Source: Adineta vaga
Taxonomy: Eukaryota > Animalia > Rotifera
Direction of reading: 5' to 3'
Length of the DNA: 64,000 bases
Assembly: GCA_021613535.1 (NCBI GenBank)
Contig: CP075495.1
Coordinates: forward strand, 2,480,001 to 2,544,000
A program made the translations under genes and the position numbers. Below, piece by piece: positions 13,583-26,456 of the stretch (position 1 is its first letter; each line of letters starts with the position of its first letter). Under the pieces are notes generated by a model. That model had not been told where the DNA came from. It searched no databases and worked only from the letters and a program-made list of their open reading frames with translations.

Positions 13583-16286
13583 TTAACTGTTTCTTGATTT
13601 TTCATTTGCCAATGCTAATCGTCGAATATATGAAATGCAAATTGCTGCATTTTCTTGAAGAATTTCATCTTTTGAACCAACCATTTCCACTAATAACTAA
13701 ATAAAAAATGATTTTAATCATTGATTTTCATCCAGATATAAAGAAAAAAACATACGCGAACAACACCGGCTTCATGCATTGTAACACAATTCATTGGATT
13801 TTTGGATAATTGATGTAATGCTTTGGCTGTTGATCGATGAACATTTGGATCAGATGATTTTAAATATTTTACAAGTGGTCCAACAGCTTCGTTATCACCG
13901 AAAGTTTGACGATTATTTCCCCATTTACAACATTCTGCTATCGCTTCTGCAAGATAACGACGAAGAATATCTTCATGCTATTTGAAAAAAAAACAATCTA
14001 TAGATTTGAGAACAATCGAAACGAATTGTTCATACTCGTGTCACTAAATTTGAAAGAAGTTTAACAACACCATGATCTGTTATTACAGCGAGATTTTCTT
14101 CATCTTTAGCAATTTCAGCAATTGCTGCACAGATACTTGCAAGTACTTCGACATCTTTCGATTTTAGTAAAGAAACAATTAATTCAAGACCACCAACAAA
14201 ACTTCGAACCATTTCACCAGAATCTTTGATATTTTTTACACAGGGTGATATTGCCCAAGAAGCTGCAGCTTGTACTCGAGGATTTTGATTTTTCAATAAT
14301 GACCATAATAATCGAACGCCATCCAAACGATCAATCATTCTAAATATCAATAAACTCAAATATATACAAATCATTGATTTCCATAATTCAATCCTTACGC
14401 AATACTTTCCGGCTCTTCACTACATTGCCGTAATGCATGACATGTATTGACTAATAAACCTTGATTTGTTCCTGTTAATAAATTAACTAGAAATGAGATA
14501 CCATTTGCTTTACGAATTAATGTTCGATTGTCTGCTTCTTTGGCGCATTCAGCTATAGCTCCAACAACATTCACTAAAACTTCTTCAGGTTGATTATTTA
14601 ACATTTGAACTAGAATATCAAGTGTTCGAAATTCTTGAAATTGAGCAATGTTCTAATACATAAACAAGTTAAGAAATAAATTCAATGATAATAAAAAACG
14701 CACTTCACGAGAAATGGCACATTTCCATATGGCACCTGTTGCTGCTGCTAATAATGGTTTATTATCCGTTTGTTGTAAAAGATCATGTAAAAGACGAAGA
14801 CCCATATGTTTTCGTACCAGATCACGTATTTCTTTATCTTCCGCACACTAGAAGCAATACTCATATTTGATCACATAGAGAACATTTTTTCGATCTTATT
14901 TTACTTTAAAAATAGCACTCGCACAATGTTTTTGTAATTCAGCATTGCTACTTAACAAATTTTTCACTAAATCAGGAATCATTCCTCGAATCGCCGTTCG
15001 ATAAGTAGACTAGAAACAAAAAGAATGATCTCCTAAATTTCTTTTCGTTTGTAAACTTTACATCAACAGCACATTCTTCAATAATACCACCAACGGGTAT
15101 GAGCATATTTTCATTTGAACTTTTAAGTAATTTCGCCAAAAGAGGTATGACACCGGCACGTTCCATTGCATGTTTATTTCGATCCGATCGACTTAAACTC
15201 CAAAGTGCTAATGCACCAGCACGAGCCACTTCAATATTCTTCACAGTATCGTTATGCGAACTATGATTCATTGATCCATGCGTATTTGGAGAAGCAGTTT
15301 CCAGAAGAGCTACCTGAATATAAATTGAACTGATTATTATTACTTATCTTTAAAATGAGAAACTTACTAATCGTTTGATGCCTCCATTTTGTCGAACGAC
15401 TTTTCGTGCACGTTTGAATTTAGCCACATGAGCTAAAATAAGTGAAATTCAAATAAATTTTTCTATTGAATATTATTCTTACCAATTGTTTCAGCCGCAA
15501 GACATTTTAAGTCTTTTTCTGGTTCATCAAGTAATGTAATCATCGTTTGTAATCCACCAAGATCTGCAATATTTCGACGAATAGTCGAATTTTTACAAAT
15601 TTCTTTCAGAATATGTAATGAGCCAATCTAAAAGACAAATTTTTCTTCTTAATTTATATGACAAAAATCTTAAACAGATTTTTCAATGTTATTTACCTTA
15701 CAATCAAGATTATCTGTTTCAAGTAAGTTCACTAACACTTCCAATCCGCCTGCATCACGAATAGCTAATTGACATATATCCATCGATAAATTAAAATCTC
15801 GAATAGATGATAATGCAATAACAGTTGCCGTTGGATTTCCACCTTTAAGATATTTTACTAATCGTTGAATTTGCCAATATTCCGATGGTAAATCCGTTTG
15901 ATCTTGTCGTGTACGATCTAATAATTGATCATCTTGTTCATCATCATCTTCACTTGAGTCACCGGAATCATTATTTCCGTGTATACCACGTCGACTACGA
16001 TCCGTATAAGTTCCAATTCGAGTCGTTCCATGCCGTTCCGAAAGACCCGCTTTTGATATCGTTGTATTTTCTTTTCGTAATCTACTTCGACTAGTTGAAA
16101 AGGATTCAAGGTCAAAAAATATACAAATCAAACAAAGATCTTACTCAGTTACTAATGTATCCCAATCTCGTGATGATAGTAATAATTTCGATCGATTTTT
16201 ATTATTATCTATTGAAAAACATCTTGTATTACCAAACAAAAACACTAGAAAATCAATCTTTTACCTGCGGTTGTTATTGATGACAT
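13583..16286 (-). CDS. ARMC4: Armadillo-repeat outer dynein arm docking protein (ARMC4/ODAD2), apparently N-terminally short
   Basis: [54 protein letters not shown]-terminal [10 protein letters not shown]. Confidence 0.92.
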
Positions 16287-16375
16287 ATTTTCTTTCTTTT
16301 CTGTTGATTTTGTCTTGTAAATTACTTGTTGTTATAAAGACAAACGAACACCATCAATTCATTCCTACTTATAAT

Positions 16376-16388
16376 GTCACTAAGCAAC
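16376..16388. promoter_or_regulatory. RFX X-box (GTCACTAAGCAAC)
   Basis: Fits the X-box consensus; ~90 bp upstream of the ARMC4 ATG. Confidence 0.6.
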
Positions 16389-16553
16389 TTGACTTATTTG
16401 AAATCAAACAATGAAAGTGTTTATTATTACAAATTGAAAAGGAAAAGAATGTCAGAGTAGTTTACTAATTCTTTCACTTCCGTACACACTCGAAAAGAAA
16501 TATATTTTGTAGGTGATTCTTAGCAGTAATGCACTTTAGACAATTTCCGTTGT

Positions 16554-16566
16554 GTTGCTAAGCAAC
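16554..16566. promoter_or_regulatory. RFX X-box (GTTGCTAAGCAAC)
   Basis: Palindromic X-box in the divergent intergenic region between ARMC4 and the CCDC92/74-like gene. Confidence 0.7.
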
Positions 16567-17107
16567 AGACAGTAAGAGAAAAATAATGTAACTACTTGAA
16601 ATTCATAATCAAATGTTCTTTTTATTAAACAATAAACATGACGATTCATTGAAATATTTTCATATTCGAATAATCTCTTTTGTAACAGAAATCAAATTGC
16701 TTTGTAATGATTAAAATAATTGTTAATTGAAAGTTCTTTTGAATGGTTTGAAAGGAATAGATGGTTTTCACATTTGATCTATTTAAATATAGAAATGATC
16801 GAAGTATTGTTTGAGAAGTGTATCTTGTTAAATAATCGATTGAGTTCATGGACAAAAAACAAGGTCAACAAGTCAATTTTGATATGATTTCGAAATATAT
16901 ATAAAAGAAGTCTAAAATAAAACATTTCTATCGATCATATTCAAATTTTCATCTTGTCAGAATATAACTAAAACGTGATTTAATGCACATTGTTTCTTTT
17001 CACTATGTACCATTAAATAACAAAATATTCGTACAAACATTGCTGTCATTTTGTTAGTTTCTATTTTCTTATCATTAGTCGCTTTTCTATGTATTTTGTT
17101 GTCCATA

Positions 17108-18034
17108 ATGGCATCTTTATGTAAGTTTATATACAGCTGTTTTCTCTTGCAGATCTTTTTTCTCTATTGATGGAGACGAATAATCTAAATGAACGTCTTT
17201 TACGAGCAGAAAAATCCATTGAATTTCTTCAAAATGAACATGCATCGACATTAGCTGATCTTCATCAAGAACTAAATAAATGGCAACGAAAATATAATGG
17301 TTCGACATATGCAATTAGATTTAAAAATCATCTATTTCATAATATTTTGTTTTTAGATCTTACCTTTCAATTAACATTCAATAATAGAGTGATTGATTCG
17401 AATGACGATAGTAATAAGAATCTCGTCTGAAATGATATGTTTATGTTTTAATTTTATTATTCTAGTTAAACTTCAATCTACAGTTGAACAATTAGAAAAT
17501 GAATTATTACAAAATCAAATTCGAGTGAAACAATTAAATAAAATTTTAGAAGAAAAAGATAAACGTGTTAATGATTATAAAAATCGTCTACGAACTCAAG
17601 AACAAAAACAACGTTCATCATCAATTATTCGTTCGACTAATCAATTCATTCGTGAAAAACAACAACAAGATAATATATGTCATTGTCTTTGTCTTGGACA
17701 TATGATTCTACCCAATAAATACAAAACATTTAAAAATACAAATGAACAACGACATATTTCCACCTCACATATACGTTCATCATCTCTTACTGATCGAACT
17801 AATCAAGAACGAACAAAATCTCTATTCATTGGTCAACGTCCATCTCCATTGCGATCGATTGAGTCAAAAGAGAAACAATTATTAACCAAACGTCAACATT
17901 ATCAGAGTGGAACTATCGCGTTGAGTAAAGTTGTCGTGTCACGATCAACAATGAAATTCTCTACTGTTCTTCCACCTATTACAAATAAAAAAGTGCCACT
18001 CAAAGCAACAATACCTTGTGAAGGTGAAGCTTAA
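17108..18034 (+). CDS. CCDC92/CCDC74-family coiled-coil protein
   Basis: AEKSIEFLQNEHASTLADLHQEL...DLTFQL resembles the CCDC92/74 N-terminal domain; C-terminal LPPI motif; spliced from MASL at 17108. Confidence 0.75.
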
Positions 18035-18286
18035 GTCAAGTTTAGTCGTTGATGTTGTTTTTTCTTTTTTTTGTCTTATGTATACAATATGAAATGAAAT
18101 CAACGATTAATTTTGATTGTTTTTTTGAATTCTAATCTGGAGAAATCAATAGAGAACATAGATTATCTATTAAAGTGGGTAATATTAAAAAAAGAAGACG
18201 AATCGAAGGCTGATTTTTATTGAACATGAGAAATATAATCTGAACAACTGTACGAACGAGTATTCAAGACGAGAAAAATCACAATT

Positions 18287-20035
18287 TTAAACTACATTGA
18301 AAATACATAGTACTGAATCTGTTTTCTTTTCCCAACAACCAAGAACAGATACATCACCTCGAACTCGTATTTTTTTCTTTACAATCTCATTTTTATATTC
18401 ATTCGCATCGAGTTCAATAGTTTCATCACCATTACAGATTTTTACCAGAAGTGCACCGGGCACCATCATTTGTATAAGTACGAAATCATTTCGTCGTAAT
18501 AAACGTTGAAATGGTTCAATAAGAATACATTGATGTTCTTCAAATGCTTGATGTAGCATTGGAAACGTAATCGATTGAATAAGATTTGGTACAGGTATAC
18601 GTATACATATCGCTGCTTGATATGTTGTTTCTTGTTTTGTTTTTGCATAGATAGTCAATTCATATAGACCGTCTTTTGTTGGTGGTGCAAGATAACAATT
18701 GTATAAATCATGTTGCATAATATCACGTTGACATAGTGTATGTAATCGTCTCGAACATTCCATCCCATCGATAACTAATTTCGCATATAAATGAGCAGGT
18801 TCTGGTGTTCGTATAGAAACTTTAAATAAATGTTGATCAGCCATTTTAGGTGTACCTAATTTTAATGATGTTGATTGATTAAAAGTTCTCAATGGTTGAT
18901 TAGATTTCATATGAGGTAGACTATGTATTGTATTGCTGGAAATCAATTGATTATTTAGTTGTACATGTTGAAAGGATCTGTCAACAATAGAATCATTCGA
19001 TATTGGTAAATGATGTTCTTTTTGATTGATGGATGTTATTTTTTGTTGACTGAGGACATCAACCATAGCTTCTCTAATGAGTTCTGCTGAAGATGATTGT
19101 TGTTGTTCAACAATATGAGTTAATACTTGTTTTTGTTCATTAAATAATCGATTTAATGTTGCATCATCATCATGCTTTTCTGCCTTGGTAATATCATTCA
19201 TTTTCTGAATAAGCGTAGTTTGTAATTCATTGATTGCATCGATTTCTGCTGATGTTGATTGTAGAATTTCTTCATTTTTTGATACGATTTTTTCGACTTC
19301 TTTTTCTATTGTTTGCATTAATGTCAATTGAAGTTCTTGTGTTGATATGGATGCATTATGTTGTGATTCTAACATATCAATCAATGTTTGTTTTAAAGTA
19401 TCAATAGATGAAGTTGTTGAACTAACAAATTGATCATAAGCTTTTGTTAAGAGATTATTTTGTTCTTCGAGTAAACGTATAATATCGTCTTTTTTATTCA
19501 CGTCCTTTGTTACTTCTATCAATTCTTGTCGTTCTTTTTTAATTGATCGAATTAATACTTTCTTTTTATTATTTATTTCTTTACGAAATGATGCTATGAG
19601 CATTTGTCGTTCAGTTCGCAATGCTTTGTCCAATGTTTCTTTCATAACTGTCACATCAATTCCGATCGGTTTAGGTGATTCTGTTCGTGCACGAGGATGT
19701 AAACTTTTTGTCTTCTCTGATTCATTCGAAGCAATCGTTCGAGTATCAATTGGTACTGTTTTTGTATGATGAGCTGTCAATGGACGACGTTTAGGTAAAG
19801 CAGTTTGTTCAGTTGCTCGAGTAGGACGTTTGAGTAATGTAGATTTTCCGAATATATCATTTGTTGATTCATGTTCACCATTAGCACAATTGAATATATA
19901 ATATGTATTTTTATATGTTGGACGATCTTTTCGAACACCAAGAACATGATATGTTGATGGACCAACTTTAAATGTATGAGTAATATCGAAAAATCCATTA
20001 TCTTGTGTCATAACATTACAATTATTTGTCTGCAT
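18287..20035 (-). CDS. Coiled-coil protein with C-terminal KY (kyphoscoliosis peptidase)-like Ig-type region
   Basis: Long intronless ORF; central heptad region; C-terminal CYLAPP..G.YELTIYAK...FP......QCILIEP pattern as in KY-like proteins. First ATG at 20035. Confidence 0.6.
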   Translation of the reverse strand: MQTNNCNVMTQDNGFFDITHTFKVGPSTYHVLGVRKDRPTYKNTYYIFNCANGEHESTNDIFGKSTLLKRPTRATEQTALPKRRPLTAHHTKTVPIDTRTIASNESEKTKSLHPRARTESPKPIGIDVTVMKETLDKALRTERQMLIASFRKEINNKKKVLIRSIKKERQELIEVTKDVNKKDDIIRLLEEQNNLLTKAYDQFVSSTTSSIDTLKQTLIDMLESQHNASISTQELQLTLMQTIEKEVEKIVSKNEEILQSTSAEIDAINELQTTLIQKMNDITKAEKHDDDATLNRLFNEQKQVLTHIVEQQQSSSAELIREAMVDVLSQQKITSINQKEHHLPISNDSIVDRSFQHVQLNNQLISSNTIHSLPHMKSNQPLRTFNQSTSLKLGTPKMADQHLFKVSIRTPEPAHLYAKLVIDGMECSRRLHTLCQRDIMQHDLYNCYLAPPTKDGLYELTIYAKTKQETTYQAAICIRIPVPNLIQSITFPMLHQAFEEHQCILIEPFQRLLRRNDFVLIQMMVPGALLVKICNGDETIELDANEYKNEIVKKKIRVRGDVSVLGCWEKKTDSVLCIFNVV

Positions 20036-20173
20036 ATCTATTGATGGGATTATAGAACTCAACGAGTAATCTTATAAGATGATCTTCTTCGCTTTTGTTT
20101 TGTCTAAAAAAAGAAAACGTTGCTCTTTTATTAATTTTGTGATGTAAAATAATGATAGAAATAATAACATGAC

Positions 20174-20186
20174 ATCTCCTAGTAAC
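20174..20186. promoter_or_regulatory. RFX X-box-like (GTTACTAGGAGAT on minus strand)
   Basis: Consensus-like motif ~140 bp upstream of the KY-like ATG. Confidence 0.5.
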
Positions 20187-21560
20187 TACAAAACAGACTT
20201 TCATCTATGACGAGTAGGGAAAAAAATGACATGTTATCGTTAAGAAACCTTCTCTTTCTTTTCTATTAAGCAAATGAAAAATGAAGAGAAGAAAGGTGTT
20301 GGAGATCTTATTACAACACATCTCACCAAATTTTCGAATAATTCAATGGAAATAAATAGGGTTTGAATATAAATATAAATTACAAAAAGAATCTTCTATT
20401 CTTGTATTCATGTTGGCTAAACTAATTTGAATCTTTGTAAAATCTGGATAAAAGATGTCATTGATTATACTATCAACTTTCTTGAATGTGACTTTTCCAA
20501 CGTCGATAACAGAATGAGACCATTTTATGAATGTATTCAAGGAATAAGTAAGTCATCGTCATCTGTCTACGTTGTCAAAAAATTCTTGAAAGTAAAAGAC
20601 GAGACGGAAGAAAATCATTGCCATACTATATAAGATACAAAGAAAAAGAGAAAAAGAAGAAAGACAAATCTCAACGTAGAATAAATAGAAAACATACGCT
20701 ACTATGTAAAAGAAAATGTAAGGAAGCAACGAGGACAAGTGCTAACATACATCATTTTGTTGAATTTATTAAAACAAACCATCTGTCTCTTCAACACACT
20801 CCCTAGCAACAAAAGATTTGCTTTAGTCATTGTCAACAGAATCTATTGAATTGACTTTATTTATGAATATTGACTAGATCAATTTTAACTTAATATTGAC
20901 TTATTTCATACAAATAGAAATTAATTATTCATCATTTGTAAAAAAAAAAAGAAAGGAAAAACATTTTATTTATTTCGATTTAAAGGTAAATGACCTAACG
21001 AAAATATTTGATCATGGCAATACTAATCATATAAAACGAATAATATTGATTTACGATAATATCATATATATATATATTTACTTCTTACACAGCATTTAAC
21101 TTCTTTTATTTTCAAATCTATCAATACATTGAAACTATTTCCTCTTCATTGATTATTCAATATATATATATATACACATCAAGAATCTATCACATACTTG
21201 AAATGTATTCATGTAACGATAGAATTTGTTTCTTATACTATATTACATCAATAGATCATTAGAAAGCAATGATACAATACATAATGTGTAATCTTTGAGG
21301 TTACAGAACATATCAGTAGATATTCTATATCGAAAGTTTCATCTTTCTCAATGAAGAGCACTTAATATTTGATATTCTACAACTTAAATCTGACATTAAC
21401 ATATCTAACAGCACCTGTTTGATTATAAAACAATGTGATAGATCACATGTTCGACATTCGAATAATAATAAAAAAGAATTCGAATTTCGTTGAGGAAAAA
21501 AAAAAGATTGTTTCTTTGTATGACATACAAAAAAAAGAAAGAAAAAGGAAAAAGAGATGA

Positions 21561-22182
21561 TCACTCTCGATTACATTCATGAAGATCGATAAGTATAACA
21601 ATAGCGAGATAACCAATTTGTTTTTCTTTATCATTAATTGTCACATGATAAGTTTTATTTGATCGTGAAAATGAATCAATTACTTGAAATAATGTTTCTG
21701 GACATTGTAATGTGGAATATTCGTTTGTATTTGAAGGATTATTTGATTCTATCGTATCGATAATTGCAAGACGACGATCTTTTAAATCACAACTTCGAAC
21801 TTTATATAATTTTCTTCCAATAATAATGGTATAAAGATAATTATTATAACTACAAAGTTCATATGATAATTGACCGAAAAGAGTTTTCTCATCGGTTTCA
21901 TTATTTTTCATATAGATTAAATAAGTTTTCGAATTTGTTGGATCGAATTCTACAGAATAGGATTCGGATGAAAAACGTTTTGATAATGGTTTGGATATTT
22001 TGACCCTAAGATAAAGAGTAATAATGATGTTATATAGGTAAAAGTAAAGATAATAATTACTTGAATTGATCTTTATTATCTTTTGATGGTGAAGCTTTAA
22101 CTGTACAGATAGTTTTAGAATCACAAATGATCTCAAATTTTTCCTTATTTAGAGAAAATTGTCGTGATATTGTATATTTCAT
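21561..22182 (-). CDS. Putative LURP-one-related / tubby C-terminal-like protein (2 exons, intron 22060-22006)
   Basis: Spliced protein starts MKYTISRQFSLNKEKFEII and ends KTYHVTINDKEKQIGYLAIVILIDL, matching the terminal patterns of the LURP-one family; 55-nt GT-AG intron joins the frames. Confidence 0.6.
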
Positions 22183-22931
22183 TTGTTAATAATGAAGCAG
22201 GTGATTGATGAGAAGAATTTTAAGTTCAAGACTGTTTTGATTGTTGCTTGTCTATTTTGCCAAGTCTATATATAAATGTGTGTGTTTCTTTCGTCCTGTC
22301 TCAGGTCCTCCGCTTATAAAATATTTTTGTTATTATGATGAAGGATGAGGCCGAGAAATAGAGAGAGAGAGAGAACGATTCGTGTTGTTCTGCATTAACG
22401 TTAAGTAACGGCAAATATTGCTGATAGAAATAACGTTCTTTTTTCATTCGTCGATGTATATATTTTTCCTCCTATTCTTTCTCTCTCGTGCTCCGTCTTT
22501 TTCCTCTAGTTCTTTTTTTTTGTCAGTAGTTGAGGAAAACAGTAGCTTTTCTTAAACCTAACATAACAATACGCTCACATTTTCTTTTGCGTCAAAAAAG
22601 AGACGAATATTATCGTTTATATAAATTAGTATTCGAATAATAGTAAAGTAAATGTTGACACTCTTACTAGAGCTTCTCATACTCATCATTATTAACAAAT
22701 ACGACATATATAACAAATTTCGTTTTCGCCTAATGGTTTATATTGCCTAATCAAAACTAAATGACGTTATTTGTTTAACATGCATTTACAAGGTTATTCG
22801 AGGTTGATACTGTCTATTTCGTGTGTGTGTGTGTATGTTTCTTTCATTTAGAAGAAAATTACAAGATAAAACTTATGTAAAATACAGATAAAAACAATCG
22901 TATATCGGCTGAGTTAAATAATATGATTTAT

Positions 22932-25836
22932 TCATAAAATCGATCCTAGAAGAAGAAGAAAACGATAAATATCTTTATCCTGTAGATTTATGATTGAAAG
23001 CTTAATCTGTTCTTACCTGGTTTATCATGAGAGTTTAGTTTTTCTATAAGAAATATGTTTGTTGATAATGAATGTGATGAATTTCTTTTCATACCTGCAT
23101 ACTTGACATAATATTACTCGCAAATGAGGAAAATTTTCCTGCAGCTTTCGATACACCATCTTTAAAGTCAGCTGTCATTGTTGATAGGTCAGGTCCTTGA
23201 TAATTCGATCGTGTTGGTTTTCGATTGGGATCACCGAAAAATTCTTCACTAGAAATACTCGTATTTCCATGAAATCGTACGGCAACATTGTTCCGATCGT
23301 TCTAGAAAATATTTCTTGCTGGATGTTTCTTTTTTTTTCATACAAAAAACCAAACACCTTAGTTATCGAATCAAAAAAAATATATTTTTTTATTATTTTA
23401 ATTTGGAAGTTACAGATTCGATCAGTAAAATAGAAGTTTCAATTAGATGAGCACGTGCATATTGTTGAAAACAGGTGTAGATTAGTGAGTATAAAAGACT
23501 ACATAAGGTTTGTTCGCCAATTGTTGTTATTAAGATGAATGCACATGCAGCGGATAGTTGAGATATTTTCTATGATATGTATATTTCATACATATGTGAT
23601 GCTCTCACATACGTACGTCAGAATCTTTGTTAAAGAATTGATCACTTGATATAGCTTTGGCGTTAGAAAAACGTTTTTGTGCATCACCAGCAGTTGCGAC
23701 ACTGCATGATGTCGATGATTGATTAGATGCTTTTGAAGATGAACTATAAAAGAAAAAGCTGATTTAGATCATGATATTTTACAATGATGCTTTCGTTTAC
23801 CCATAATCACCACTGTTAGCAGTTGAACTACTATATTTGGAAGAAGAATATTTATTACTATCACTTGATCCATAATCTTTTGCTGATGATTTTTGATCAA
23901 TAATATCCCAATCAGCACCAAATGAATCCATGGGTTTTGAAGACGATTTCGGTTTAAACAAATCATCATCTAATCTATTTGAAAACAGAACACAAGGGAA
24001 TCAAACTTTGATTTAATCACAATTTCTAAGTAATATATCATTCTCTTTCATTTAACAATTAAAATCTTTAGTCATCATCTGAATAGAACGTTCTCAATGA
24101 TTATCGAGAACGATAATTATCTATACCCAATACTTCACTCCTGTAATGTTAAAACTAAGCACATGCATAGCTGATATTAATAGTTTTAAGTACTTTGTAG
24201 ACTCCTCATCATATCGATCATTATCTCTTGATGATTTTCTGTCATAACTAAACAAGAGATTGAATTGTAATATCACACACATGAATTTTGACAACATACT
24301 TTGATCGACTACTAAAACCAGCTGGTTCATAGTCATCAAAAACATCTCGATTTCGTGGTGCTAATGAAACATTTCTCGTTGTTGTTACACCTTCTTGTTG
24401 AATTGTTTGCATATCTGTCATCGCACTATGACTAACACCACTAAAATCATGTCATACAATAATTTTATTATATATCACTTGATAGAAAGAAACTTTTCGA
24501 TTACCTTCGATTACCAAAACCCATACCAAGACGTTCCATTTGTTCAGCTTTTTTTGGATTGGATTGTTTTAATTTTGCTTCTTCTATGTCACGTTGTTTA
24601 TTCATATCTTGATAAGCAAATTTAAGATTTGCCCTAGAACAGATTAAATTAAGAAAAAACGATCATTTTCTTTCTATGAATATTTATGTTACATTTGCTT
24701 TCCCATTTGTTTTTCGTGTTCTTCACGATTTTTAACTTCTAGATGAGCTTGCTGTTCACGATATTTCTCTTGTTCTTGAACATTACGTTCAATTTCTTTG
24801 AAATCTGTCGATACTTTTTGTGCACCAAAACCTTTCTAAACGATTATATTTGAATAGAAATCTTATCATTTATTAATTCAATCAACCTTTTTCGTTGCTG
24901 GTACACGACGTTGACCAATAGTAGATTTTTTCGGATCGAGTGCTTTTACTGATCCATCATTATTAAATGCATTTGGATCAACTGATGGACCTTCGGTTGG
25001 TTGCCCAGCTTAACAAGAAGATATCGATAGTGAAATTCAACAGAAAAACGAAGATCACTTACTTTTTTCAAGACTTTGATTACTTGAATGTGAAGAAGTA
25101 GTAACATTCTCTTCCCAACCTGTTTTTACAGATGCTTGAGAATGTTCATGGAAAAAATCTTCATCTTTCTTCTCACTAGTTGATTGTCGACGCTCATTTT
25201 TATTTTCATCGTCGAGAAAGATCTAGAAAAACAAATTCTCAATGAAATACTTTGTTTGAGAAATGACCGACTTTAGTTCCATATTGTTTCATTGCTTTCG
25301 TTGCTAATTGATGAAGTTTTTCACGATAAAGTTGAGCAGCTCGACTATTATATTTCTGTTGAATATCTTTTGTTTGACAACCATGTTGTTGAAAAAATGA
25401 ATCCTAGAGAGAAGAAAAAAAATGATTGAAATTGATGAGGAGATGATTTACTCACAGCATTTGCATTGCCACCAACTTGCATTGCTCTAAACAATTGAAG
25501 AAGTATTTCATTGAATTATCGTTCGAAATAAATTTTAAAAAGAAAAACACATACCGAAGTTGAAGCCAACCCCAATTTGTATCAAGATTAATCGAACGAA
25601 TAAATGATAAATGTACACCGAGACCACGATGTCTTGCTGAACAATCAATACATAGAAATACACCATATGTAATTGATGCCCATGTTGGATTTTTTGTATC
25701 ACAATCAAAACATACCTAGTTATATATTTGTAAAAATATCAGAATTTAAAACATGAACAAAACAAACTTTATTTGGTGGCATAGTTTTTAATCGTTTAAA
25801 AATTGCATCAATATCTGATTTTGTTGGTTCTTGCAT
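22932..25836 (-). CDS. ARFGAP2: ADP-ribosylation factor GAP, ArfGAP2/3 (Glo3) type, multi-exon
   Basis: [30 protein letters not shown] zinc finger, QVGGN, GFGAQKV, MERLGMG, Glo3 motifs [10 protein letters not shown] and SISSEEFFG. Confidence 0.92.
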
Positions 25837-26456
25837 TTGTACGTTTGTTTTTTCTTTAAATTCTTATCAGATGAATTTATCTAGTAGAGATGAAAGATTT
25901 GTTTTAACCTTGATCACCCTTAACTATATTTATTTGACAATAAAAGCAAATAAACTTATTGAGTAATGAATAACAACGATCGACAGTTATTATTCGTGTA
26001 TTATTCCTTTAATCAAATCTTAACAAACAATTCGGAAGTAAGAAAAATTCAATAATTCAATTGACGAATTACATATTTGATACTTATTTTTCTAGTAAAC
26101 CCTTTTATTTTCTCTAATTATCAATTTAAGGAAAAGTATCTTGCGACATCTAGTTGATAATGTTATTTGTTATTAAATTACCCTGTTATGAACAAATACA
26201 GAACGAAAAAATAAATCTCGGAGCAGAGCAACAATCTGTTGCTGTGTGGTTGTGGTAAGAGACAAATTTCTGAGTCATATTTTCTTACGATTGCGCAATC
26301 GTCATCGTTGCTGACAGTTTGACAATTGACTCATATTATCAATGATATATAAAATAGTCGTTTTTAATCGTCATCATTCATTTTAATCTTACAACTCTTG
26401 TGAATATTCAACGCATTTTTATCATTACAATTTTAACTGAATCAATTTCTAAAACT

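Noticed and set aside
20307-20317. CTTATTACAAC, matching part of the bdelloid spliced-leader sequence as I recall it
   Set aside because: Only 11 nt, not followed by the rest of the leader or a donor site; plausible by chance in 64 kb of AT-rich DNA.
20343-20633. Overlapping short ORFs on both strands between the KY-like and LURP-like genes
   Set aside because: No recognisable motif and no convincing spliced model.
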